Shown piece by piece: positions 8,002-16,858 of a stretch of DNA of 42,211 nucleotides (position 1 is its first letter; each line of letters begins with the position of its first letter). The notes under the pieces were generated by a model. That model was not told the origin of the DNA, made no database searches, and saw only the letters and a program-made list of their open reading frames with translations. Source of the DNA: Abditibacteriaceae bacterium (GTDB taxonomy: Bacteria > Armatimonadota > Abditibacteriia > Abditibacteriales > Abditibacteriaceae). The position numbers were made by a program, and so were the translations under genes. The DNA lies in contig JANMKN010000221.1 of assembly GCA_031372065.1 (NCBI GenBank), positions 1 through 42,211 on the forward strand, given 5' to 3'.

Positions 8002-9639
8002 TTACTCGGTCAATCCCGTCAAATTCATCTCGCGCGGGCTTTCCACGATGTAATCCGAGTGCAATTCGTGTTTGGTTCCAGCGGTCAGATTGAGTTTCCA
8101 CGTCAGGATGCCCAAATCGTCGGTTTCCGGCGGCGGCGCCGGATGATGCGGCTTGACTTTGATTTGCTCGTGACGCGCCACCGGAATCTGGTCAAGAATT
8201 GTTAATTCCACACGATGCGCTTTGCCGTTTTCGACTTCGATTTTATAGCCGAAATTCTGCCGCCGCACGTTGCCGATCAAGTTTTTGTCCACTTCGCGCC
8301 GCACCAGTTCACGTTTGGCGCGCAGTTGCTCGTCGGGGCCGAGGAACAGTTTGAATTCCTGATTCGGCGCCGTTTTTTGCATCTGTGCGGCACCAATAAA
8401 GGCGCCATCGCGGTAAATGTTGGCCTGGCCCGCGAGCAGCGAAAGGCCGCTGTCGTTGAGAATCGTCGCGCGCAGATATGCAAATTCGGTGCGGCGCGGA
8501 ATGGCTTGGTAATCGAGACGAATCGGAAATTCATGCATGGCAATCGTGCCGCGATGCGCCTCCCCATCAGCGGGCACGCTCAAACGGCGCGGCAACTCAT
8601 AACTCACACCCGCGCCACTGCTTTCCACTTTAGCGGCTTCCGGCGCGGCAATAATTGGGGCGGGGGCGGCCACAGATTGCGGTGCTGCTATACAAGCATC
8701 AAGCATCGAGCCAATGGTGTCTTCATCTTCAGGTGTAGCGCGCCTCGCTTTCATCATTGGCGCTGCGGCCATCGCCATCGCGGGCATAGCCGGACGGAAA
8801 ACATCCACATAAAGCGGCGCTAACTTCGGCGGCAGCGTGCCTAAATTGGGTTGCGCGGTGGAAAGTGTCAGCGTTACATCGTTCCAATCTTCGCCAGTAT
8901 TCTGCGTGATTTTGGCGAGATAACTCAGTTGCAATTTGCCTTCGAGCAAGCCGTCGGGTGAATCGGGAGGCAAAAGCTGCACGCGCGCATCGTAAAGCGG
9001 CTGCCAACGCGCGCCGGGCACCGTGTAAATCACTTCTAAATCGAAATTGCCTGCACCGGCGCTTTCCACTGAAATCGTGACGCCCATTTCGCTGCGTTTT
9101 GTGCCGCTTTGAAATTGCTTGAGGCGCTGGCCGAGCATGACTTGCTTTTCCGAATTGGCGCGTTCTTCTTCTTTCAAAGCGGCGCGTTGCTGATTAATGT
9201 TTTCCTGCTGCGCTTGCGAGAAATCCAACATTTGCACGATGCTTTCCAGCGAAGTCGTGCCTTCGGCCAAACCGCGCGCGAAGCGTTTGGCGGCGCTATC
9301 TGACAATTCGCGCACGGTTTTTTCGCGCTGATACAAAATATCAGCGCGCTGCTTGATTTCGCCGCCTTCATCTTGCGCGGCTTCAAGTTGCGCTTGCACT
9401 TCGCGCACTTCTTGATGCGGCGTTTTTTCGAGAGGCCGCAGTTTGCTTTCGACGCCTAAGATTTTCACCGCGACAGTGCCGCTGCCACTTGCGCGCAAGG
9501 AATTTTCATCCAGCGCGGCGGGCAAACCGGCAATAACAAGCTCTTGTGCGCCGCCTTCGAGTTGAACGGCAGCGCGCCGCGTGATTTGCGCGCGGTCAGA
9601 AAAAACCGTGACTTGTGAAATAAGCGCTTCAATGTCCAT
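8002..9639 (-). CDS. DUF4140/DUF4139 (MuiA-like) protein
   Basis: ISQVTVFSDRAQITR, coiled-coil middle, WQPLYDAR, ITQNTGEDWNDVTLTLST, LLAGQANIYRDGAFIG, ILDQIPV. Confidence 0.85.
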   Translation of the reverse strand: MDIEALISQVTVFSDRAQITRRAAVQLEGGAQELVIAGLPAALDENSLRASGSGTVAVKILGVESKLRPLEKTPHQEVREVQAQLEAAQDEGGEIKQRADILYQREKTVRELSDSAAKRFARGLAEGTTSLESIVQMLDFSQAQQENINQQRAALKEEERANSEKQVMLGQRLKQFQSGTKRSEMGVTISVESAGAGNFDLEVIYTVPGARWQPLYDARVQLLPPDSPDGLLEGKLQLSYLAKITQNTGEDWNDVTLTLSTAQPNLGTLPPKLAPLYVDVFRPAMPAMAMAAAPMMKARRATPEDEDTIGSMLDACIAAPQSVAAPAPIIAAPEAAKVESSGAGVSYELPRRLSVPADGEAHRGTIAMHEFPIRLDYQAIPRRTEFAYLRATILNDSGLSLLAGQANIYRDGAFIGAAQMQKTAPNQEFKLFLGPDEQLRAKRELVRREVDKNLIGNVRRQNFGYKIEVENGKAHRVELTILDQIPVARHEQIKVKPHHPAPPPETDDLGILTWKLNLTAGTKHELHSDYIVESPREMNLTGLTE

Positions 9640-9650
9640 GATGCTTTTCT

Positions 9651-9726
9651 ATAGAACGCGAATTACGCGAATTGCCGCGAATCTTCTTTAAAAGATTTCC
9701 GTAAATTTGCGAAATTTGCGTTCTAT
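9651..9726. repeat. ATAGAAC-type palindromic miniature element, empty copy; contains pyrC stop codon
   Basis: atagaacgcgaattacgcgaatt ... aaatttgcgaaatttgcgttctat. Confidence 0.9.
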
Positions 9727-11033
9727 TTCTGCCAAATGATCGCTCCGTCCACGATGGTTGTCACCACTTGGCCGATCATTTGGTGGCCGTCGTAAGGCGT
9801 GTTTTTCGATTTGCTCGCCAAATCTTCTTTTTTCACTGTCCAACGCGCCGCCGGGTCGAAAATCGTCACATCGGCGGGCGCGCCAACTTTTAAAGTGCCA
9901 GTCGGCAAATTCAAAATTTTGGCGGGCGCGATGGTCATTTTTTCAATGACTTGCGGCAACGTCAAATGGCCGGGTTCGACCAGATATTTCAGCGCGACGC
10001 CGAGCATAGTTTCGAGGCCGATAATGCCAAACGGCGTGTTGTCGAATTCGCGCTCTTTTTCGTAAGCGGCGTGCGGCGCGTGGTCGGTGGCAATGGCGTC
10101 AATCGTACCATCGCGCAGGCCTTCAATCAGCGCGTCAATGTCTTCTTGCGTGCGCAAAGGCGGGTTCATTTTCGCATCGGTGTTGTAATTCCGGCACGCT
10201 TCGTCGGTCAGCGAAAAATGGTGCGGGCCAACTTCGGCGGTCACTAAAACACCATCGGCTTTGGCGCGGCGAATGGTTTCAACGGCGCCTTTGGTGGTGT
10301 TGTGCAAAATATGAATGCGATTGCCAACTTCGCGCGCGATGGCGCAGGCTTTAAAAACGGCGATTTCTTCGGCGACGCGCGGCATTCCGCGCAAACCGAG
10401 TTCGTTGGAAACCGCGCCCTCGTTCATCACGCCGCCGCCTCTGCCTACTCCAGCGTGGCCGCCGCCGGTGAGCGCGATGTCTTCGCAATGCAGCATCGTG
10501 ACAAGGTCGCAGGTTTTGGCGTATTCAAAACAGCGGCGCATAAAACCGGCGTCTTGAATCGGAAATGCATCATCGGAAACCGCGATGGCGCCGGATGCTT
10601 TCAGTTCGGCCATTTCGGAAAGCTGTTCGTTTTTCGCCGCGACGGAAACACTGGCAATCGGCAAGATTTTCACGCCGTTGCCTTCAGTTTTGGCGCGCTC
10701 CAAAATATCCGACACCACGCTGCGATTATCAATCGGTGGATTGGTGTTTGGCATCACGCCAATTGTTGTCACGCCGCCGCGCGCCGCTGCTGCTGTTACG
10801 CTTTGCGTGTCTTCTTTGTATTCCTGCCCCGGCGTGCGACCATGAACGTGAATATCTATCAAGCCGGGACAAACGATGAGGCCTTCGGCCTCCAAAGTGC
10901 GAAGTTCGGATTGCGGAATGCGGAATGCGGAGCCGACTGCCGACACTTTGCCGTCTTCAATCAGCACATCGCAGACTTCGTCCAAATTTTGCGACGGGTC
11001 TATCACGCGCCCGTTTTTGATGAGAATCTTCAT
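9723..11033 (-). CDS. pyrC: Dihydroorotase (type I, Bacillus-like)
   Basis: PGLIDIHVHGRTPG, MPNTNP, HCED, KMNPPLR, IATDHAPH, SKNTPY; located in pyr operon. Confidence 0.95.
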   Translation of the reverse strand: MKILIKNGRVIDPSQNLDEVCDVLIEDGKVSAVGSAFRIPQSELRTLEAEGLIVCPGLIDIHVHGRTPGQEYKEDTQSVTAAAARGGVTTIGVMPNTNPPIDNRSVVSDILERAKTEGNGVKILPIASVSVAAKNEQLSEMAELKASGAIAVSDDAFPIQDAGFMRRCFEYAKTCDLVTMLHCEDIALTGGGHAGVGRGGGVMNEGAVSNELGLRGMPRVAEEIAVFKACAIAREVGNRIHILHNTTKGAVETIRRAKADGVLVTAEVGPHHFSLTDEACRNYNTDAKMNPPLRTQEDIDALIEGLRDGTIDAIATDHAPHAAYEKEREFDNTPFGIIGLETMLGVALKYLVEPGHLTLPQVIEKMTIAPAKILNLPTGTLKVGAPADVTIFDPAARWTVKKEDLASKSKNTPYDGHQMIGQVVTTIVDGAIIWQK

Positions 11034-11635
11034 TAAAATAATCCGCTCGGATTGTCTTTGGTGATGCCAAAAGCGGCTTTGGCCGTTGGCGTCAGCAAAA
11101 GCGCGGTGCTAAGGAGCATGGCAACGGCGGCAACAGCGATCACGGGCGGGTAAAAGTTGGCTTGAATCGGTTCGTCAGCGGGCAACAGAGAACGGCTCAC
11201 CACATTGCCAATGCTGGCTAACAAGTTCACAATTCCGGCGCCACCGCCAATCAAAGTCGCCACCCACCAAGCCCAAATGCGTCGCTCAAACAATCCACTG
11301 GCGATGAAAAACGTGGCGCCGAACCAAAGAAAGCCACGCAGTAAATCATTGCTGTCGAGATTGCCGCCCGCCTTCGGATCGCGCCACAAAAAACTGTTCA
11401 AAGCCAGACACACGCCATGCACAATAAACAGCGCGCCCGCGATTTTGACATTCTCCGGCAAGCGTCCCTCGTCGGCTTTGTCTTTGGGATTATTGCTTGC
11501 CCAAAGCGCCGGATCGGGCAGCGGTTTGTCGCGCGTTTCCGCAGGAAGAGGCATTTTCGATGGCTCATCGAAGGGCGTCGCTGATTCGTCAGCTTCGATC
11601 AAATCGTCGTTTGCGAAATCGTTGTTTTCCTTCAC
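11033..11635 (-). CDS. Hypothetical membrane protein (about 4 TM, acidic disordered N-terminus)
   Basis: 200-aa ORF with strong SD (GAGGAGG on minus strand), stop overlapping the pyrC start (TAATG), and hydrophobic segments. Confidence 0.75.
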   Translation of the reverse strand: MKENNDFANDDLIEADESATPFDEPSKMPLPAETRDKPLPDPALWASNNPKDKADEGRLPENVKIAGALFIVHGVCLALNSFLWRDPKAGGNLDSNDLLRGFLWFGATFFIASGLFERRIWAWWVATLIGGGAGIVNLLASIGNVVSRSLLPADEPIQANFYPPVIAVAAVAMLLSTALLLTPTAKAAFGITKDNPSGLF

Positions 11636-11653
11636 GCCTTGCCTCCTCGAAAA

Positions 11654-12583
11654 TCAATCTTCTTCGCTGCCGCCGAGCAGCAAATAAAGCAGCGCCATAC
11701 GCGTGGCGACGCCGTTGGTGACTTGCGGCAGAATCACACTTTTGTCGCCGTCGGCGATGTCGTCGGCAATTTCCACACCGCGATTCATCGGGCCGGGATG
11801 CATCACAATAGCATCCGCTTTGGCTTTCGACAAGCGCTTTTGATTCAAGCCATACAATGCTGCATATTCGCGCACGCCGGGCAAATACACGCCGTCCATG
11901 CGCTCGTTTTGCAAACGCAGCATCATAATTACATCGGCGCCTTCCACGGCGTTGTCGCAGTTGGTTTCGAGGCGCGCTCCGACCCGCCCAAATTCGCGCG
12001 GCAAAAGCGTATCGGGGCCGCAAAGCGTGACATTGGCGCCGAGTTTTTGCAGTCCATAAAGATTGGAGCGCGCCACGCGCGAATGCAAACAATCGCCGAT
12101 AATTGTCACATTCAGGCCGTCAATTTGGCCTTTGTTGTCGCGAATCGTCAGCAAATCGAGCAAACCTTGCGACGGATGCTCGTGAAAGCCATCGCCCGCG
12201 TTGATAACGCTGCCCTTCAAATAGCGCGCGGCCATTTCGGGCGCTCCGGCGTTCGGGTGGCGAATAATCACGCAATCGGCGGTCAGCGCATCAAGTGTCA
12301 ACAGCGTGTCTTTGAGACTTTCGCCTTTAGCTGCCGAACTTTGCGCGACGGCGATATTAATCGCTTCGGCGCTCATGATTTTGGCCGACAGTTCAAAACT
12401 GGTGCGTGTGCGCGTCGAATTTTCAAAAAACAGCGTGATGACACTGCGCCCGCGCAACGTCGGCACCTTTTTGACGGGCCGCGCCAAAATTTCTTTCATG
12501 CGCGAGGCCGTATCGAGGACGAGTTCAATTTCGCCCGCGCTCATTTCGCGCAGTCCCAAAATATGTTTGCGATTTAATTTCAT
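11654..12583 (-). CDS. pyrB: Aspartate carbamoyltransferase catalytic subunit
   Basis: [41 protein letters not shown]. Start set at ATG 12583 because the upstream extension reads through a repeat element. Confidence 0.96.
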   Translation of the reverse strand: MKLNRKHILGLREMSAGEIELVLDTASRMKEILARPVKKVPTLRGRSVITLFFENSTRTRTSFELSAKIMSAEAINIAVAQSSAAKGESLKDTLLTLDALTADCVIIRHPNAGAPEMAARYLKGSVINAGDGFHEHPSQGLLDLLTIRDNKGQIDGLNVTIIGDCLHSRVARSNLYGLQKLGANVTLCGPDTLLPREFGRVGARLETNCDNAVEGADVIMMLRLQNERMDGVYLPGVREYAALYGLNQKRLSKAKADAIVMHPGPMNRGVEIADDIADGDKSVILPQVTNGVATRMALLYLLLGGSEED

Positions 12584-12590
12584 CAGGATT

Positions 12591-12694
12591 AAACACAAAG
12601 ACACAAAGGCGCAAAGAAGAAAAGGGAGAGGATTTTGTTTGTTCTTCCCCAAAAAACCTCAAAAATCTTTGCGTCTTTGTGTTTCATGGTGTTT
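12591..12694. repeat. ACACAAAG-type palindromic miniature element; contains pyrR last codons and stop
   Basis: aaacacaaagacacaaaggcgcaaag ... ctttgcgtctttgtgtttcatggtgttt. Confidence 0.85.
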
Positions 12695-13247
12695 TTTCGA
12701 TTCGCACAACGTCGTCTTCACCCGAAGTTTCTTTCAGCAGCACTTTGACTTTTTCGTAGCGCGAAGTCGGCAGGTTTTTGCCGACAAAATCGGCGCGAAT
12801 GGGCAGTTCCCGATGGCCGCGATCTACCAAAACGGCGAGTTGCACCGAAGCCGGACGGCCCAAATCGTTGAGCGCATCCAATGCGGCGCGCACGGTGCGT
12901 CCGGTGAACAAAACGTCGTCCACTAAAACCACGATTTTGCCGTCAATCGAAAAATCCACGCGCGTGTCCTGCGGCGCCACGATGCGGCGCACATAATCGT
13001 CGCGATAAAGCGCCACATCTAAGGCGCCGGATGGCACTTTGCAATTTTCGATTTGCTCCAAATGCGCCGCGATGCGCCTCGCAATCGGCACGCCATGACG
13101 CGGCACGCCAATGACGACCACATTACCCACGCCGCGATTGCGCTCGGCGATTTCATGCGCCACGCGTTTTAAGGCGCGCGCAATATCGCCTGCATCCATC
13201 ACGCTGCGCCCGGTTTTTTCGTCGGTATTATTGTTTGTTTCCGCCAT
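12684..13247 (-). CDS. pyrR: Pyrimidine operon attenuation protein / uracil phosphoribosyltransferase
   Basis: [56 protein letters not shown]. Confidence 0.97.
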   Translation of the reverse strand: MAETNNNTDEKTGRSVMDAGDIARALKRVAHEIAERNRGVGNVVVIGVPRHGVPIARRIAAHLEQIENCKVPSGALDVALYRDDYVRRIVAPQDTRVDFSIDGKIVVLVDDVLFTGRTVRAALDALNDLGRPASVQLAVLVDRGHRELPIRADFVGKNLPTSRYEKVKVLLKETSGEDDVVRIEKTP

Positions 13248-13274
13248 TTTTTGTCGTTTACGCCGCCCTCAGCC

Positions 13275-13330
13275 AATAAAAAAGCCCTGACACGCCGAAA
13301 GAAAGATTCTTTCAGGCGCGCAGGGCTTTT
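13275..13330 (-). terminator. Attenuator terminator of pyr leader
   Basis: Minus strand reads aaaagccctgcgcgcctgaaagaatctttctttcggcgtgtcagggctttttt, a stem-loop plus U-tract upstream of pyrR. Confidence 0.85.
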
Positions 13331-13370
13331 GAAAAGGAAAATCCGTGTTGTAAAAACTCAGTCATAACCG

Positions 13371-13402
13371 CCCTTGCGCGCCTCACGGGACACGCTTAAA
13401 AG
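13371..13402 (-). promoter_or_regulatory. PyrR-binding RNA hairpin (anti-antiterminator)
   Basis: Minus strand cttttaagcgtgtcccgtgaggcgcgcaaggg fits CUUUAA..GUCCnGnGAGGC..AAGG. Its 3' arm (gaggcgcgcaagggc) is complementary to the terminator 5' arm (gccctgcgcgcct). Confidence 0.88.
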
Positions 13403-13417
13403 TGCGAAATCTTCGCC

Positions 13418-13447
13418 AGTATAGCGGCGCCACGGGCCAAAAGTCAA
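13418..13447 (-). promoter_or_regulatory. Sigma70-type promoter of pyr operon
   Basis: TTGACT-N18-TATACT on the minus strand, immediately upstream of the PyrR hairpin. Confidence 0.7.
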
Positions 13448-13502
13448 CGCGCCATCTCATTATAAAACCCTTTCTACTAAACTGCGAGCCATGAGAAATT
13501 CC

Positions 13503-14405
13503 ATGAAAATTCTTGTGCCTCTGTTTATGGTTTGCAGCGCGTTTATGCTTGGTTCGTGCGCGCCCGCGCAGCAAAACCAGCAACAGAATCGCAATTTGCC
13601 GCCAAATGTGAAAGCGTTGCGCGACCTTGCATACGCCAAAGAAAGTCCGGCGCAAAAGTTGGATTTATATCTGCCGGAAAAAGCCGAGGCGCCGTTGCCG
13701 CTGATTATTTGGGTTCATGGCGGCGCGTGGCTGGGTGGCGATAAAGCGCAGTGTCCGGCGCTGGGCGCCACGCGCAATGGCTATGCGGTGGCGAGTATCA
13801 ATTATCGCCTGAGCCAAGAAGCGATATTTCCGGCGCAAATCGAAGATTGCAAAGGCGCCATTCGCTTTTTGCGCGCTCATGCCAAAGAATACAATCTTGA
13901 CGACAAGCGTTTTGGCGTGTGGGGCAGCAGCGCGGGCGGGCATTTGGTGGCGCTTTTGGGCACTTCTGGTGATGTGCAAGACCTCGAAGGCAAAGTCGGC
14001 GGCAACGAAGATTTTTCCAGCCGCGTGCAAGCAGTTTGCGATTGGTTCGGGCCAACGGATTTCATGAAAATCGGCGATTTTCCCAGTAATCTCAAGCATA
14101 ACGCGCCCGAATCGCCCGAATCGAAGTTAATCGGCGGCGCGATTTTAGAAAACAAAGAGAAAGTGGCCCGCGCCAATCCGATTACTTATCTCACCAAAGA
14201 CGATCCGCCGTTTCTTATTATGCACGGCGATAAAGATATGACGGTGCCGCTTAATCAAAGCGAACTGCTGCGCGATGCCTTGCAGAACGCCAAAATGGAC
14301 GTGCAATATCAGGTTATTGAGGGCGCCGGACACGGTTTTGGCGGCCCGCAAATTATTCAAACAGTGCGGGCGTTCTTCGATAAGCATTTAAAAGCGGTCA
14401 AATGA
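13503..14405 (+). CDS. Alpha/beta-hydrolase (HSL/BD-FAE-like esterase), probable lipoprotein
   Basis: WVHGGAW, WGSSAGG nucleophile elbow, HGDKD, GAGHG; signal peptide ending in LGSC. Confidence 0.9.
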   Translation: MKILVPLFMVCSAFMLGSCAPAQQNQQQNRNLPPNVKALRDLAYAKESPAQKLDLYLPEKAEAPLPLIIWVHGGAWLGGDKAQCPALGATRNGYAVASINYRLSQEAIFPAQIEDCKGAIRFLRAHAKEYNLDDKRFGVWGSSAGGHLVALLGTSGDVQDLEGKVGGNEDFSSRVQAVCDWFGPTDFMKIGDFPSNLKHNAPESPESKLIGGAILENKEKVARANPITYLTKDDPPFLIMHGDKDMTVPLNQSELLRDALQNAKMDVQYQVIEGAGHGFGGPQIIQTVRAFFDKHLKAVK

Positions 14406-14464
14406 AAGGCAGCCTACCGAAAGCGTGGCGCGTCCCGCGAAGGGTAAAACTGCGAGGTGAGAAT

Positions 14465-14782
14465 ATGCCGATTTACGAATATGAACCATTATCCGGCGAG
14501 TGCCCGTTTTGCCGGGGCCGCTTCGAGGAGCTGCAAAGCGTGGGCGACCCTCCTTATGAAATGTGTCCTTCCTGCGATGTGCCATGCAAACGCGTCATAT
14601 CGCGCCCCAATGTGAAACGCTATGACCGCGCCGACAGTGGCGTATTGAGCAAGGAAAACATTGAACGACAGGGCTTTTTGCAATACAAAAAGGCCGGAAA
14701 AGGCGTTTGGGAGCGCACCGCCGGCACCGATGCGCAAGGCCCACGTATTTTGAAAAAAGATGGCGGCACGGCTGAGGGATAA
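14465..14782 (+). CDS. FmdB-family zinc-ribbon protein
   Basis: MPIYEYE..CPFC..FEELQ..CPSC..KRVIS; SD GAGGTG before ATG 14465. Confidence 0.85.
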   Translation: MPIYEYEPLSGECPFCRGRFEELQSVGDPPYEMCPSCDVPCKRVISRPNVKRYDRADSGVLSKENIERQGFLQYKKAGKGVWERTAGTDAQGPRILKKDGGTAEG

Positions 14783-14862
14783 AGGATAAAAAGCGCTTGA
14801 GGCATACGACATAGCAACACCAAGCGCCAGTTTTATCCCTCAGCCTTCAGCCCTCATCCTTT
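14770..14862. repeat. Inverted heptamer-repeat element (GGATAAA/GGCTGAG ... TTTATCC/CTCAGCC), empty; contains the zinc-ribbon gene stop
   Basis: ggctgagggataaaggataaaa ... ttttatccctcagccttcagccctcatcctt. Confidence 0.8.
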
Positions 14863-14922
14863 GCAGATAATGCCCCCCTGTGTTAGCCTGATTCGGGCGT
14901 TTTTAGGTGAGCAAGTTAGCTT

Positions 14923-15411
14923 ATGTCCAACGAAAAACAGCCGGAAAAGCAGCCGCACGAAGAAGTTGTCAGCCCAGATGTAAATTGGGACGAGCAGATT
15001 GATTTCCTGCGTGGTTTGGCACACATCGTCAAAGACGAGCGCTTGAGCGAACTCAGTGTGGAATCGAATGGGGTGCGCCTCCATTTCAAAGGCGCGGTGC
15101 CCGGCGTGGTCGTTGCGGCGCCTCCAGGCGGCAATCCTGCGCCTGCGGGTGGCGCATCGGGCGAAAGTGGCGCGGTGGCTGTGGTTTCGCCGATGGTGGG
15201 CGTATTTTATCGCTCGCCCTCGCCCGCCGACCCGCCTTTTGTCGAAATCGGCGATGCGGTGCAGGCCGGACAGGTAATCGGCGTGGTGGAAGCGATGAAA
15301 GTGTTCAACGAAATCATCAGCGATGTCGAAGGCAGCGTGGTCGAAATCGTCGCGCAGAATTCCGAATTAGTCGAAACGGGGCAAACGCTTATTTTAGTGC
15401 GAAAGTTATGA
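14923..15411 (+). CDS. accB: Biotin carboxyl carrier protein of acetyl-CoA carboxylase
   Basis: SPMVGVFYRSPSP, VEAMKVFNEI (biotinyl Lys), Pro/Ala/Gly linker. Confidence 0.92.
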   Translation: MSNEKQPEKQPHEEVVSPDVNWDEQIDFLRGLAHIVKDERLSELSVESNGVRLHFKGAVPGVVVAAPPGGNPAPAGGASGESGAVAVVSPMVGVFYRSPSPADPPFVEIGDAVQAGQVIGVVEAMKVFNEIISDVEGSVVEIVAQNSELVETGQTLILVRKL

Positions 15412-15458
15412 GTGCTGACTGATGGGTTCTTTTTACTCATCACTCACCACTCATCACT
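15404..15458. repeat. Inverted heptamer-repeat element (AGTGCTG ... ACTCATC), empty; contains accB stop
   Basis: agttatgagtgctgactgatggg ... ttactcatcactcaccactcatcact. Confidence 0.8.
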
Positions 15459-15462
15459 ATTT

Positions 15463-16749
15463 ATGAAGATACATATTGGCATTTTAGGTTTGGGCACCGT
15501 GGGCTGCGGCACGTTGGATGTGCTAAAACGCAACGCGGCCATCATTGCGCCTCGTGCTGGCTGTGAAATTGTTGTCAAGCGCATCGCCACCAAGCACCCC
15601 GACAAACCACGCCCCATTGAAATAGATAAAAGCCTCGTGACCGCCGATGTGGACGAGATTTTAAACGACCCCGACATTAAAATCGTGGCCGAACTGATTG
15701 GCGGCGTTGATCCCGCGCGCGATTATGTGATGCGCGCTATCGCAGCGGGCAAATCAGTTGTCACCGCCAACAAGGAACTGATCGCCAAGCATGGCGTGGA
15801 AATCATCGCAGCAGCGGAAAAAGCGGGCGTGGATTTTCTCTTTGAAGGCAGCGTGGGCGGCGGCATTCCGCTGATTAATCCGCTGCGCGAAAGCCTCGCG
15901 GCCAACCGCGTGCGCGAACTTCTCGGCATCGTCAACGGCACCACCAATTACATCCTCACCAAAATGACGCGCGAGGGCAGCAGTTTCGACGATGTTCTGG
16001 CCGAAGCGCAAAAACTTGGCTACGCCGAAACCGACCCGACAGCCGATGTGGATGGCTTTGATTCGATGTATAAGCTGTCCATTTTGGCCAGTATCGCGTT
16101 CAATGCGCCGATTAACATCAAAGATATTCACCGCGAAGGCATTCGCGGCGTTACGGCGCGCGACATCGAATATGCCAAGGAATTGAATTACGTCATTAAA
16201 TTGGTGGCCTTGGCGCGACAGCACGACGATGGCGGCCTCGAATTGCGCGTCCACCCGGCTTTGATTTCCGCGCAGCATCCTTTGGCGAACGTGAACGATG
16301 TGTTCAACGCGGTTTTCGTGCGCGGCGATGCTGTCGGCGATGTGATGTTTTACGGGCGCGGCGCCGGAGCCGACCCGACGGGTTCAGCCGTTGTCGGCGA
16401 TATTATCGAAGCGGCGCGCAACCTTGGCGTCGGCGGGCGCAATCGCGTTCATCACGAGCCAACACACGCGCCGCATATCCGGCCTTTTAGCGAATCGAAA
16501 ACGCGCTTTTATGTGCGCACGCAAGTGCCCGACGAGCCGGGAATGCTCGCGCAAATCGCCACTGCCTTCGGGCAACACGGCGTCAGCCTCGAAAGCATTG
16601 TGCAAAAGAAATCGCACGAAGGCATCGCCGAAATTGTGTGGATGACACACGATACTTCGCAAGCCAACATGGATTCTTCGCTTGCCGCTTTTGAAAAGCT
16701 CGAAGCCGTGCGCGAAGTCTCGTCGCTCTTGCGTGTCGAAGGCAATTAG
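15463..16749 (+). CDS. hom: Homoserine dehydrogenase with C-terminal ACT domain
   Basis: GILGLGTVG, VVTANK, FEGSVGGGIP, GIVNGTTNYIL, AETDPTADVDG, GRGAG, PDEPGMLAQI. Confidence 0.96.
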   Translation: MKIHIGILGLGTVGCGTLDVLKRNAAIIAPRAGCEIVVKRIATKHPDKPRPIEIDKSLVTADVDEILNDPDIKIVAELIGGVDPARDYVMRAIAAGKSVVTANKELIAKHGVEIIAAAEKAGVDFLFEGSVGGGIPLINPLRESLAANRVRELLGIVNGTTNYILTKMTREGSSFDDVLAEAQKLGYAETDPTADVDGFDSMYKLSILASIAFNAPINIKDIHREGIRGVTARDIEYAKELNYVIKLVALARQHDDGGLELRVHPALISAQHPLANVNDVFNAVFVRGDAVGDVMFYGRGAGADPTGSAVVGDIIEAARNLGVGGRNRVHHEPTHAPHIRPFSESKTRFYVRTQVPDEPGMLAQIATAFGQHGVSLESIVQKKSHEGIAEIVWMTHDTSQANMDSSLAAFEKLEAVREVSSLLRVEGN

Positions 16750-16761
16750 TTTGTTTTTATG

Positions 16762-16846
16762 AGACACAAAGACACAAAGAATTCGAAAGACTCCTTAGAC
16801 AAAATGCCTCTGAAATCTCTTTCTTTATCTTTGTGTCTTTGTGTTT
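16762..16846. repeat. ACACAAAG-type palindromic miniature element between hom and thrC
   Basis: agacacaaagacacaaag ... ctttgtgtctttgtgttt. Confidence 0.88.
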
Positions 16847-16858
16847 AAAGGTTTCAAG

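Noticed and set aside
11639..12577. 312-aa plus-strand ORF
   Set aside because: Antisense shadow of pyrB.
12584..12652. N-terminal extension of PyrB (and likewise Hom 15412-15462, ThrC 16841-16858)
   Set aside because: The extensions translate repeat elements ([16 protein letters not shown]); downstream ATGs match family N-termini.
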